From a virus, in the IMG/VR virus record IMGVR_UViG_3300047470_000295, positions 17,962 to 81,961 of that record: a stretch of DNA of 64,000 bases. One strand, 5' to 3'. The stretch's first letter is position 1, and the number at the start of each line of letters is the position of its first letter. Under the pieces are notes generated by a model. The model was given only the letters and a program-made list of their open reading frames with translations. It ran no database searches and was not told where the DNA came from. Shown here piece after piece: positions 1 through 8,232 of the stretch. The position numbers were made by a program, and so were the translations under genes.

Positions 1-42
1 CGACGTCGACGTCACCGGCACCGCAACGAAGGAGTCCTGACC

Positions 43-405
43 ATGCGCATCCTCGGAAGAGAACCGGCCGTCGTCCTGGGCGTCGTGTCCGGCGCCCTGT
101 CCCTCATCGTCACCTTCGGGGCCGGCCTTTCGTCGGAGCAGGCGGGCGCGATCGTCGCCGTCATCTCCGCCGTGTTCGCGGCGATCACCGCCTGGGTGAC
201 CCGGCCGATCGTGCCGTCCGCGTTCACCGGCCTCGTCGCCGCCGTCATCGCGCTCCTCGCCGCGTTCCACTTCGACGTCGCCCCGGAGACCGTCGGTTCG
301 CTGAACGCCCTCGTCCTCGCACTGCTGGTGTTCATCACCCGCGGGCAGGTCTCCCCGTCGAAGCCGGACGCACCCGCTACAGCGGGCACGCCGACCGGAG
401 TCTGA
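43..405 (+). CDS. small integral membrane protein, about 4 TM helices (holin-like or unknown)
   Basis: ATG at 43 follows GGAG. The 120-aa product is almost entirely Ala/Val/Leu hydrophobic helices. Back-to-back with two more membrane-protein genes. Confidence 0.6.
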   Translation: MRILGREPAVVLGVVSGALSLIVTFGAGLSSEQAGAIVAVISAVFAAITAWVTRPIVPSAFTGLVAAVIALLAAFHFDVAPETVGSLNALVLALLVFITRGQVSPSKPDAPATAGTPTGV

Positions 406-828
406 ATGCTTGGCCGTGTGGCCCGACTTCTGGGGAGGCGGGGCGCGTTCCTCGCCTCCTTCGGCGGCCTGTGGGCCCTCTACGGCTTCGGGCAGTTGAT
501 GGAGCCGCTGCCCGACACCCACGGCATCCGCACCCTCCTCCACCTCATGCCGCTCGACGCATGGGCCTGGTGCTGGATCGTCGCGGGCCTCGTCGCCATC
601 ACGGCCTCCCCCCTCCCACAGGGCCGTGACTGGTACGGATTCCCGGCACTGCTGCTGATCGTTGTGCCGTGGATGTGCTCCTACCTGGTCAGCTGGTGGC
701 CGCTCGGAGACAACCCGAGGGGGTGGGTGACGGCACTGATCTGGGCGGTAGCCGCAGTGCCGGTGATGGTGGCCGCTGGCTGGCGAGAGCCACCGCAGCC
801 GAAGAGAGTGAGCGGGGATGAACGCTGA
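406..828 (+). CDS. integral membrane protein, about 4 TM helices
   Basis: ATG follows the previous TGA directly. 140 aa, Trp-rich hydrophobic segments, GC3-rich codons. Confidence 0.6.
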   Translation: MLGRVARLLGRRGAFLASFGGLWALYGFGQLMEPLPDTHGIRTLLHLMPLDAWAWCWIVAGLVAITASPLPQGRDWYGFPALLLIVVPWMCSYLVSWWPLGDNPRGWVTALIWAVAAVPVMVAAGWREPPQPKRVSGDER

Positions 829-1180
829 GACGTGGACCGCACTGTCGGGAGGCGTGGTCGGAGTCGTATCAGCAGGGGTCACCGCTTGGGGCGCACGCTC
901 CGCGCGGCGCACCAAACGGCAAGAGAGCCGAGACGACTTCCTCGCCATCACGACCCAGCAGGGCAACGCGATCGAACGACTCGAAGCACGCGTCCAACGG
1001 CAGGAGACCGAGGCGGAGAAGCAGCGGCAGCGGATCGGCGACCAGGACGAAGCCATCGGGTGGCTCCTGTACCGGGTCCGCTCCCTCGTCTCCCACATCA
1101 AGAAGGCCGGCATGGAACCCCCGGCGGCAGAGCCGATGTCGGAGCAGGCGGCCCGCTACATCCGCAACATCGATGCGTGA
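818..1180 (+). CDS. N-terminally anchored coiled-coil protein
   Basis: ATG overlaps the previous gene end. One N-terminal TM helix, then a charged Glu/Arg/Gln heptad-like stretch. The competing 174-aa ORF in another frame is Arg/Pro junk. Confidence 0.55.
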   Translation: MNAETWTALSGGVVGVVSAGVTAWGARSARRTKRQESRDDFLAITTQQGNAIERLEARVQRQETEAEKQRQRIGDQDEAIGWLLYRVRSLVSHIKKAGMEPPAAEPMSEQAARYIRNIDA

Positions 1181-1194
1181 GAACTGGAGTACGG

Positions 1195-1356
1195 ATGCCT
1201 CAGCCTGAGCCGATCCCGATGCGGCCACGCCGAGACGATGCCGCGGCCGACGCGGACACCCTCGAAGAGATGGGCCGCCTCGACGAACAGCCGACACCGG
1301 CGCCGTCGATCAGCCCATTCCTCGAACCCGACTACCCGCCAGACCAGCCCGCGTGA
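1195..1356 (+). CDS. small acidic Pro-rich ORF (53 aa)
   Basis: ATG follows GGAG. It is the in-frame tail of the 832-1356 ORF. Weak call. Confidence 0.3.
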   Translation: MPQPEPIPMRPRRDDAAADADTLEEMGRLDEQPTPAPSISPFLEPDYPPDQPA

Positions 1357-1487
1357 ACGACGCCCCCGCTAGCCGCCTTCGGGCGGCGGCGGGGGCGCAT
1401 TTCTGTCACTGGGGTCAGCTACGTTGCTGTTCCGCGGCGCGCCACCTGAAAGACGCTCAGGCGCGCATGATCCAAACGGAAGGCGCC

Positions 1488-1922
1488 ATGAGTAGCTCCG
1501 ACGGTGACGGCATCGTCACGACCCAGCCGATCCACGACCTCTACCTCTCACTGCTCCTGACCATGATCGAGAGCGGTGATGCTGTAACCAGCATGTCCAT
1601 CATGCTGAGCACCACCAGTGGCGTTGTTACGGGCGATCTCGTGTCCCGAGAAGCCTGGAAGGCTCTCTGGACCGAGACGATCCTCACGAAGGCCAACGCG
1701 AGTGCCGGTTCGATGGGCCTCTTCCCCGACACCGTCGATCGCCTGATCGAAGAGGTAAGAAGTGAGGATGGTGCCAGTGGCGACTCCGACGACTCCAACC
1801 CACACTTCGTGCACCTCAAGGACGCCGTCGTCTTCGTCGGGAAAGATCGCATCAATCTGCGCTTTTGGCGTGGCCGGCTGGACTCGGTAGTTGGCTGGAG
1901 CCTCGGTAAGGTCGACGTCTGA
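1488..1922 (+). CDS. hypothetical protein with GvpU-like C-terminal motif
   Basis: ATG follows GGAAGG. C-terminal HFVHLKDAVVFVG...FWRGRLDSVVGWSLGKV recalls gas-vesicle accessory GvpU-type proteins (from memory). Visibly AT-richer than its flanks. Confidence 0.5.
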   Translation: MSSSDGDGIVTTQPIHDLYLSLLLTMIESGDAVTSMSIMLSTTSGVVTGDLVSREAWKALWTETILTKANASAGSMGLFPDTVDRLIEEVRSEDGASGDSDDSNPHFVHLKDAVVFVGKDRINLRFWRGRLDSVVGWSLGKVDV

Positions 1923-1933
1923 TCCGCACGACA

Positions 1934-1976
1934 CCGCCCCCGTTCCTCTCGCCTCAACGGCGGGGGAGCGGGGGCG
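1934..1976. terminator. GC-rich imperfect hairpin between convergent genes
   Basis: CGCCCCCG ... CGGGGGCG, plus an alternative CCCCGTT/AACGGCGGGG pairing. Confidence 0.35.
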
Positions 1977-1987
1977 GCTTCGTCGTG

Positions 1988-2308
1988 CTAACGCGTCTCG
2001 CGGATCGCCTTCGCGAGGTCGTGGATGGCGGCACTGAACGCCAGCAGAGAATACGTCTGAGCCCGCGACAGTGCTGCCGCCTGCTCGGCGGAGCCGTCCT
2101 CTCCTGCATAGCTGTCGTCCAGACCGTGCACCGCTCGCGCCTGCAGCTGCTCGTAGCTTCGCTCCGTCATGCCCACCCCTTCGTCGACTGCCAGAGGCGA
2201 GAGTCTGTCGAAGGCGGTGCCGGCTGTCAGTAGGGCGTCGGGGACGTAGCTATAGGTGACCGTCCAATAATCGATCGATTGTTGGACGGTGGGGTGCCAG
2301 GTGGTCAT
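1988..2308 (-). CDS. hypothetical protein (106 aa)
   Basis: ATG-initiated ORF with ordinary composition, convergent with the previous gene. Confidence 0.5.
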   Translation of the reverse strand: MTTWHPTVQQSIDYWTVTYSYVPDALLTAGTAFDRLSPLAVDEGVGMTERSYEQLQARAVHGLDDSYAGEDGSAEQAAALSRAQTYSLLAFSAAIHDLAKAIRETR

Positions 2309-2345
2309 CCTGCGCGTACCTGGGGGTTCAGGTGTCCAAAAAGGC

Positions 2346-2396
2346 TGTACAGAAAGTCTTGTTGTCTATCAACTCCCAACTACCCTTTTCTGTACA
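2346..2396. promoter_or_regulatory. 10-bp perfect inverted repeat in an AT-rich leader (candidate recombinase site or operator)
   Basis: TGTACAGAAA at 2346-2355 and TTTCTGTACA at 2387-2396, 9 nt before the recombinase ATG. Confidence 0.4.
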
Positions 2397-2404
2397 CTGA
2401 GTTC

Positions 2405-3082
2405 ATGACCTCAGCCGCCCAGTGGGCAGACGAAGGAGACGACGCGCTAGCCGCGTTCCCCGCCAACCTCTCCGGCGTTCAGATCGGATACGCCCGAGTC
2501 TCAACGAAGGGGCAGAACCTCGACCGCCAGATCGCCGCGCTCACCGACTGCGGCTGCGCCAAGATCTTCGCTGACAAGAAGTCCGGGAAGAACGCCGAGC
2601 GCGAGGAGCTCTGGAAGGCGCTGGAGTACGCACGCCCGGGCGACACGATCGTCGTCCCCTCCCTCGACCGCCTCGGCCGCTCCATTCAAGACCTGATCGC
2701 GATCGTGGGCGGACTTCGCAAGCGCGGCATCGGCTTCCGATCACTCCACGAAGCACTGGACACCACCACGCCGGGCGGCCGGCTCGTCTTTCACGTCTTC
2801 GCCGCACTGGCCGAGTTCATCCGGGAGTTGATCGTGCAAGGCACACACGAGGGCCTTGCCGCGGCCCGCGCCAGGGGGGAACGCCTTGGCCGGCCGCCAG
2901 CGATGAACGACGAGCAAGTCCGACACGCGCGAGCGATGCTGGCCGACCCTGAAGCATCCGTCACTTCGATCGCCAAGCTCCTTGGCGTCTCCCGGATGAC
3001 GATCTATAAATACGTGCCTGAGCTCTCAGCCGGGCGGGCCTCTCTCGTGGCAACAGATCACTCGAAGGGGATCGCAAGGTGA
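2405..3082 (+). CDS. small serine recombinase (resolvase/invertase family)
   Basis: N-terminal GYARVSTKGQNLDRQ catalytic-serine motif, DRLGRS, and a C-terminal HTH (SIAKLLGVSRMTIYKY). Confidence 0.9.
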   Translation: MTSAAQWADEGDDALAAFPANLSGVQIGYARVSTKGQNLDRQIAALTDCGCAKIFADKKSGKNAEREELWKALEYARPGDTIVVPSLDRLGRSIQDLIAIVGGLRKRGIGFRSLHEALDTTTPGGRLVFHVFAALAEFIRELIVQGTHEGLAAARARGERLGRPPAMNDEQVRHARAMLADPEASVTSIAKLLGVSRMTIYKYVPELSAGRASLVATDHSKGIAR

Positions 3083-4017
3083 CCGACGCGCAGTCTCTGG
3101 CCAAGGAGGCGCTACTGGGTGTGGAGGTGGCGATTCGGCTCATCGCCGAAGCGGAGGGATGGTCAACTCACCTGTACGGAGGTGTCGCAGGATACGTAGA
3201 AGCGGTTTGTAAGGCTGGCCACAAGTTCGAGCGGCGGGCTGTCGACATCTTGGAAGACGTGGCGAACCCGCACAGGTTGCCGGTCGCTGTTTGTCGGGAG
3301 TGTGCCGTACCGGAGTACGCCGAGGCGTCGGCGAGGTCGCTGCGATCTAGAGCGCAAGCGCAAGGCATAGCCCTGGTGGAGCCGATAGAGGGAGGTTCCG
3401 CGACGGCGCTGTGCGTCTGTGGCGGCACGTACACCGTGTACGCGCACATATATCCGGGACACCCTCTACTTGAAGATCGTTGCTTCATCTGTAATGTGAG
3501 GGCCAAGTCTGAGGAGTTGGACTGGTTCTACCGGCAGCTCGAAGCGGAAGGCGTGACGACGGACCGTCGGCCGACGAATCAGCATCAGCGCGCCAACATC
3601 ACGTGTCCGCGCGGACACGAGGATCGCTTGAACGCCCGGCAGGCGTTCAAGCGTGGCCGCGTCTGTCGCCGCTGTTCGGGCACCGTACACAACACTCCGT
3701 TCACCGTGTTCTATGTCGTGCAACACCCAGAGACCTGTGTGGTGAAGTTCGGAGTATCCCGGGGCAGCGGCGAGAGCCGGCTCCGACAGCACGCCGAAAC
3801 GGGGTACACGATCAGGCATCTAAAGGTGGCGGATCTGCCCGGGAGCTTGGCGAAACAGGTCGAGGATCACTGCAAAGCGGCCTTGGCTGCTGCTGGTTGG
3901 CGCCCGGTGAAGGGGGCCGAGTGGTTCGAAGGCGCTGCGCTGGAGTCCGTGATCGCCACGGCCAGCAGAATGTTCACGGGCGCAGGGATAGACGTCCATG
4001 CTTCGGTGACCCTCTGA
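3079..4017 (+). CDS. zinc-ribbon repeats plus GIY-YIG/T5orf172-like nuclease domain protein
   Basis: GTGA overlap with the recombinase stop. Three C..GH...CxxC modules, then FYVV...VKFGVS...RLRQH...EWF. AT-richer than the flanks. Confidence 0.7.
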   Translation: MTDAQSLAKEALLGVEVAIRLIAEAEGWSTHLYGGVAGYVEAVCKAGHKFERRAVDILEDVANPHRLPVAVCRECAVPEYAEASARSLRSRAQAQGIALVEPIEGGSATALCVCGGTYTVYAHIYPGHPLLEDRCFICNVRAKSEELDWFYRQLEAEGVTTDRRPTNQHQRANITCPRGHEDRLNARQAFKRGRVCRRCSGTVHNTPFTVFYVVQHPETCVVKFGVSRGSGESRLRQHAETGYTIRHLKVADLPGSLAKQVEDHCKAALAAAGWRPVKGAEWFEGAALESVIATASRMFTGAGIDVHASVTL

Positions 4018-4039
4018 GCCGTGATCCTCGTCTGAGGAC

Positions 4040-4432
4040 CTACCCCAGTACGCCGAGCGCGCTGTCCGGCCGGCAGTGCGTGCACGCCGGGACCTGCGCG
4101 GCGAGGGCCCGCCGGGCGTCGTCCTCGGAGACGCCGACGCTGCGCTTGCCCGCCATGTGGCAGCCCCCGACGTGGACGGCGACGGGCGGTGTGTGTCCGT
4201 CGAGGCCGCGCTCGATGAGCCAGTCGGGCTCCGGGGGCCGGCGCTGGCGGCCCTGCTCGATCTCGGCTTCCCGCTGCTCGGCCGCGGCGATGGCCTGGTC
4301 GAGGCGCTGGACCCATAGCTGGTGCCAGGTCCGCAGGGTGCGGAGCTGGGGCAGGTCGGTCGGAAGGTCGGCCACTACCTCAGCTTGCACGTTAATTCGA
4401 ACACGCGCTCTAATCGGAGTATGGCCAGACAC
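4040..4432 (-). CDS. DUF6233-like protein
   Basis: VHVGGCHMAGKR...ACTHCRPD motif typical of this Streptomyces family (from memory). The GTG start at 4432 overlaps the divergent gene, so the true start may be internal. Confidence 0.55.
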   Translation of the reverse strand: MSGHTPIRARVRINVQAEVVADLPTDLPQLRTLRTWHQLWVQRLDQAIAAAEQREAEIEQGRQRRPPEPDWLIERGLDGHTPPVAVHVGGCHMAGKRSVGVSEDDARRALAAQVPACTHCRPDSALGVLG

Positions 4433-4645
4433 CGGGTCGAGTACCCCACCGAGATCCAGGAGCAGATCCTCCGCATCATCCGCGCGTCCATCCTCGACCG
4501 CGGCGAGGCACCCACCGTCGTCGAGATCGGCGCGGCGGTCGGCTTGTCCAGCCGCAGCTCAGTGCACTATCAGCTCCGTGAGCTCGCCCGGAAGAACGCC
4601 ATCACCGTCGAGGCGCGTCGGCCGCGCGGGATCCGGCTGACGTAG
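4421..4645 (+). CDS. winged-helix DNA-binding protein (LexA N-terminal-domain-like)
   Basis: TEIQEQILRIIRASILDRGEAPTVVEIGAAVGLSSRSSVHYQLRELA resembles the LexA DNA-binding domain. No peptidase domain is present. Confidence 0.6.
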   Translation: MARHRVEYPTEIQEQILRIIRASILDRGEAPTVVEIGAAVGLSSRSSVHYQLRELARKNAITVEARRPRGIRLT

Positions 4646-4842
4646 TGGATGACGAGGGCCGCTACCGGCTCACGCTGACGATGGACGGCACCCGCACGAT
4701 GCGCGGCTGGTGGGCCGACGAGACCGCGGCGCGCGGGCAGATCCCCGTCTGGGTGCGGGACTGGGGTGTCGAGGGCGCCGTCATCACCCTCGTCGACACC
4801 GCCGACGGCACGGTTATCCACAGCTGGCCCGACGAGACGTGA
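4645..4842 (+). CDS. hypothetical protein (65 aa)
   Basis: GTG overlaps the previous stop. Trp/Asp-rich small ORF. Confidence 0.45.
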   Translation: MDDEGRYRLTLTMDGTRTMRGWWADETAARGQIPVWVRDWGVEGAVITLVDTADGTVIHSWPDET

Positions 4843-4861
4843 GCTCTGCCATCCTGGCCGC

Positions 4862-5164
4862 ATGAGCTTGGACCCGAAGTCTCCGTCGATGGCGCTCTGG
4901 CATCGCCTGATCGCTGCTGGCGTGAGCGAGGACGAGGCGCGGACGCTGATGAACGGCTACGCCCACGAGCTGGCGGGGCAGCAGCGGAACTGGGATGCGG
5001 AAGCCGCTGGCTACACGGACCCGCAGATGGCCGTGTATGCCGTCGCCGATCTGATTGATCCAGAGGTCGACGACGATGGAGCAGATGGGGGTGACGTCGA
5101 CCTGCCACCCGTCGGCGAGTACCGCATCTCGACGCGCCGCCCCGTTGTCGGTGGCGGCTCGTAG
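4862..5164 (+). CDS. hypothetical protein, paralog of 29817-30035
   Basis: Internal ATG at 4862. Shares the YAHELAGQQR and ADLIDP motifs with the phage early-region ORF. Confidence 0.5.
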   Translation: MSLDPKSPSMALWHRLIAAGVSEDEARTLMNGYAHELAGQQRNWDAEAAGYTDPQMAVYAVADLIDPEVDDDGADGGDVDLPPVGEYRISTRRPVVGGGS

Positions 5165-5216
5165 AATCGGGTCATCTATTCGCGCTGCATGGCTGCAAGC
5201 GCTCGCCCCGCCCTTG

Positions 5217-5672
5217 ATGGACAGCGCCATCGCGGGCGGGGCGCTCGACTTTGGAGGGGCCGTGGACGACCTAGTGAAGTGGCTCGGCGAACAAGTCGAC
5301 GACGACTTCGAGGCGGCCCGCCTGGTCCTCGGCATCAACCTGATGGTCGCCTATCAGCGCGGGAAGCCCGTGCCGCGCTGGGTGCCGAGCCCGGAAGGCG
5401 ACGCGGGCATCTGGGATACCGACGGCACGCCCCGCGTGAGGTTCGTGTGGGCGAAAGAGCGGGACCACATCGTCCGCCACGATCCGGCCCGGGTGCTGCG
5501 CGAGATCGAGGCGAAGCGGCAGGCCCTCGCCCACTACGAGCGGATCCGGCAGCACACTCGCCAGGGCGACGAGGCCTACGTCCTGGCCGAGGGTGCGGTC
5601 GCCAAGCAGATCCAGATCATGGCCTCGACCTACGACCAACGGCCTGGCTACCTGGAGAAGTGGCGACCATGA
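5217..5672 (+). CDS. DUF6221-like protein
   Basis: ATG at 5217. The pattern ARVLREIEAKRQALAHYERI is typical of the family (from memory). Confidence 0.55.
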   Translation: MDSAIAGGALDFGGAVDDLVKWLGEQVDDDFEAARLVLGINLMVAYQRGKPVPRWVPSPEGDAGIWDTDGTPRVRFVWAKERDHIVRHDPARVLREIEAKRQALAHYERIRQHTRQGDEAYVLAEGAVAKQIQIMASTYDQRPGYLEKWRP

Positions 5673-6019
5673 CGGATGACCTGCTGGCCCTGATCACCTC
5701 CGCCGAGGTTCTGTACGCCACCGCCTGCGGGGTGTTCGGCTCGCGCCCCTGCGCACCACTCTGGCTGAGCTGGCCCCTGCCGATCTGGAACGCAATCGCT
5801 CACGACTGGCGTCGGCCGCCCTCGCCGCCGAAGCGCCCGGACTACGCGCGCATCGCCCGCCTGGAACGCGAACTCGGCATGGTCGAGCAGGAGCCGGAGC
5901 TCCCGATCCGCCACGGCCGCACTGTCTGCCTGGCGAAGGACTGCGGCGGCGACACCGTCGAGATTCGCACCTGGCAGGGGGCGGTCGCCACCCGCATCCA
6001 CCGCTGTGAGGCGTCGTGA
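5669..6019 (+). CDS. hypothetical protein (116 aa)
   Basis: ATGA overlap with the previous stop. N-terminal hydrophobic segment and a Cys pair. Confidence 0.5.
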   Translation: MTDDLLALITSAEVLYATACGVFGSRPCAPLWLSWPLPIWNAIAHDWRRPPSPPKRPDYARIARLERELGMVEQEPELPIRHGRTVCLAKDCGGDTVEIRTWQGAVATRIHRCEAS

Positions 6020-6405
6020 TGAGCCTGACGATCCGCTTCATGGGCGGCCCCGTCGACGGTCGGACGTCGGCGATTCCCGACGCGTCGCCGCCGCCGTTGT
6101 ACTTCATCCCCCTCGCTCCGTCGGTCGCCGAGCTGATGGACGTCTCGCTGGAGCCCAGCCCGATCCGTAAGGCCGAGTACGAGCCGCAGATCGAGGGCGG
6201 GCTCTTCCGGCTGGGGGACGACGGCGCCTACCTGTACCGGCACCGTGCTGTCCCGCTGACGGCAGGGGAGCGGGACGTGTTGGCGCGGAAGCGGGAAGAG
6301 TCGCGGGCGGCGGAAGCGCGGAGGGTCGCAGAGCGAGACGAGGCGTGGCAGCAGATCCGCAAGGAGCGGCCCGGCTACCCGGAGGACTGGCGCGACCTCT
6401 TCTAG
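6016..6405 (+). CDS. hypothetical protein (129 aa)
   Basis: GTGATG overlap with the previous stop. Ordinary composition. Confidence 0.5.
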   Translation: MMSLTIRFMGGPVDGRTSAIPDASPPPLYFIPLAPSVAELMDVSLEPSPIRKAEYEPQIEGGLFRLGDDGAYLYRHRAVPLTAGERDVLARKREESRAAEARRVAERDEAWQQIRKERPGYPEDWRDLF

Positions 6406-6662
6406 GCTGCCTCGGCCGCCGCATGCCGCACGACCTTCTTCAGCCCCATCTCGACGTCCAGCCGGGGCAACTGGGCCTGCTCGGCGAACGCGGCGATCCC
6501 CTCATGCACAGCCAGCGCCGTGGGAACGGTCAGCTCGCCTGCCTGAATCTCCGCCCAGGCGGAACGTTCCAGCGCGATCAGGTCGGGGGGAAAGTCGATA
6601 GCCACCGCAGGATCATAGGTCGCCGCCTCAAAGCCCTCACATCGGCACCACGAACGACGCAC
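6402..6662 (-). CDS. hypothetical protein (about 86 aa, GTG start assumed)
   Basis: Only the C-terminal third of the 206-aa minus ORF looks protein-like. The rest overlaps a better plus-strand gene. Confidence 0.35.
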   Translation of the reverse strand: MRRSWCRCEGFEAATYDPAVAIDFPPDLIALERSAWAEIQAGELTVPTALAVHEGIAAFAEQAQLPRLDVEMGLKKVVRHAAAEAA

Positions 6663-6671
6663 CCTGAAGCC

Positions 6672-6953
6672 ATGACCACAGCCGTAGAGCGCCCGACGAT
6701 CCGCCTCGTCGACGGCAGGCGCATGCAGTGCAAGGACATCCCCGACGAGGCCTTCCTGGAGGCGGTCCGCCGCTGCCCCGGCTCCCCGCTGCTCGGCGCC
6801 CGGAACCGGTGGGAAGTCCACGCCGAGCTGGAGGTCACGGCCGGGAGCCTTCCGGAGAACCTCTTCCTCGCGAAGACCCGCCGGCTCATCGCCCGCGGCC
6901 TGATCGACGGCTGCGCCTGCGGATGCCGCGGCGACTTCACCCTCACCAAGTAG
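6672..6953 (+). CDS. hypothetical protein (93 aa)
   Basis: ATG at 6672. CACGCRGD Cys cluster near the C-terminus. Confidence 0.5.
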   Translation: MTTAVERPTIRLVDGRRMQCKDIPDEAFLEAVRRCPGSPLLGARNRWEVHAELEVTAGSLPENLFLAKTRRLIARGLIDGCACGCRGDFTLTK

Positions 6954-7094
6954 CCTGCAAGCGTGGGCGTCCCGTGCGTGGCTGGCCAGCGCGCGCCCGT
7001 CCAGGTAGCTGCCTAGCCTCAACGCCAGGGGCGCAGCGGCGGCCGTCCGACGGCGGGACCCGGACGGCGCTGGATCCCCTGTGCCATGCTGAGT

Positions 7095-7177
7095 ACGCGG
7101 CTAGCTCAACGTCAGAGCGCCTGCAGCCCGCTCTCAGGGTGTCGCAGGAGATGCCGGTTCAATTCCGGCACCGCACA
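7095..7177 (+). pseudogene. tRNA-like remnant (D-arm, anticodon-type stem, canonical T-arm, broken acceptor stem)
   Basis: GCTC-AACGTCA-GAGC, CCTGC...GCAGG enclosing 19 nt, and GCCGG-TTCAATT-CCGGC. The 5' and 3' acceptor strands do not pair. Confidence 0.3.
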
Positions 7178-7182
7178 AACCA

Positions 7183-7203
7183 CCCCGCCCCTCGTGGGCG
7201 GGG
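7183..7203. terminator. hairpin plus T-tract
   Basis: CCCCGCCC-ctcgt-GGGCGGGG followed by TTTAT. Sits between the tRNA-like element and a convergent gene. Confidence 0.55.
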
Positions 7204-7207
7204 TTTA

Positions 7208-7396
7208 TCACGCCGCTTCGACGATGTCTCCGCGTTCGGCGGCCGTCGCCACAGTCCACTCATCGCGCAGCACCTCGTACCGCTGCCGTGTCTCCCCGTA
7301 CAGCCAGCCGCCAGCACCGGCGACCAGGGCGCGGATCTCCTCATTCACCACGTCGGCAGGCCGCGCGGAACCCGGGAGCGGGGGAGGGGAGGACAT
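7208..7396 (-). CDS. hypothetical protein (62 aa)
   Basis: ATG ORF downstream of, and co-oriented with, the GntR gene. Confidence 0.4.
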   Translation of the reverse strand: MSSPPPLPGSARPADVVNEEIRALVAGAGGWLYGETRQRYEVLRDEWTVATAAERGDIVEAA

Positions 7397-7429
7397 AGAT
7401 CAAAGCGTAGCCGCCGGGTGTGACAGCGG

Positions 7430-7693
7430 TCAGCCCTCGACGCGAGGCCGGCTGACGAACGATCCCAGGCCGGGCTCCGTGTAGATGAGCCCCTCGTCCC
7501 GCAGCCCGCGGTGGACCTTCTGTGCGGTGGCCTGGGCGATGCCGAACTCGGTCGCCAGCTGGATCACCGAGGGGACACGAGTGCGCGGCGGGTACGTGCC
7601 ATCCGCGATCCGTTCCCGGATCACGTCCGCCACCTGCTTCCACCTGGGCACATCCGCCTCGAATTCGATCACACGGTCAACGTGACACGCCAT
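7430..7693 (-). CDS. short GntR-family HTH regulator (Kor-like size)
   Basis: WKQVADVIRERIADGTYPPRTRVPSVIQLATEFGIAQATAQKVHRGLRDEGLIYTEPGLGSFV is a GntR wHTH with no effector domain. Confidence 0.8.
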   Translation of the reverse strand: MACHVDRVIEFEADVPRWKQVADVIRERIADGTYPPRTRVPSVIQLATEFGIAQATAQKVHRGLRDEGLIYTEPGLGSFVSRPRVEG

Positions 7694-7858
7694 CCCATGC
7701 CACGCGAGATGTCGCATACGTGGTACGCCATAGCATGCTATGTCTAAGCTGCTGAAACAGCCCCGCCATGCACGGCCGGGGAACCATCCGGCAAGCGGAG
7801 CGTCAACGTGGACGAGCGTAGAGACCCCGAACCCCCCGAGGGAAGGCGACGTGCGGCC

Positions 7859-8038
7859 ATGGGCGTTGGCAAGCTCACCCCATTACAGGAGGCGTGGAGT
7901 CGGTACGTCACCCACTGCCGAGACTGCGCGACCTGTAAGGACGTCGACGCCGGCCGCTGCTCGACCGCTGAGGGGCTGTGGCGGTCATGGAATCTGCTGG
8001 GCGACCACGCTTGCCGGCAGATGCGCCGCGGCGCGTGA
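7859..8038 (+). CDS. small Cys-rich hypothetical protein (59 aa)
   Basis: ATG at 7859, divergent from the GntR gene. Contains CRDCATC. Confidence 0.35.
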   Translation: MGVGKLTPLQEAWSRYVTHCRDCATCKDVDAGRCSTAEGLWRSWNLLGDHACRQMRRGA

Positions 8039-8232
8039 ACGCGTACTGAACGGTTGGTCAACTGTCGAGTAAGCGACAGTTAACCGATACCAGTCCAGAA
8101 AAGTCCTGGCCAGAGGATGCGCAATCGGTTACGGGCACCGGCGGTATACGCCAATGTTGCTCAGATAAATGCACCCAACACTCTTGTTTCCGACCCTGTG
8201 GACATGGTCTTCTCTTGACGAAGATTCAGCAT

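Noticed and set aside
43-1180. Calling the first three genes a definite holin/lysis cassette of the same phage
   Set aside because: Only membrane topology supports it. No endolysin is visible because the window starts here, and the following 8 kb looks like a mosaic of another element. Reported only as membrane proteins.
3603-4640. 345-aa plus-strand ORF bridging the nuclease gene, the DUF6233-like gene and the wHTH gene
   Set aside because: The translation is Arg/Ser/Pro/Ala-rich nonsense. It overlaps three better-supported genes in other frames or on the other strand.
7095-7177. Functional tRNA (including a tRNA-Sec or suppressor idea prompted by a TCA in the central loop)
   Set aside because: The acceptor strands do not pair. 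The anticodon region is a 19-nt loop or internal helix without a U33-type 7-nt loop. There is no CCA context, and only the D and T arms look canonical. Kept only as a remnant.
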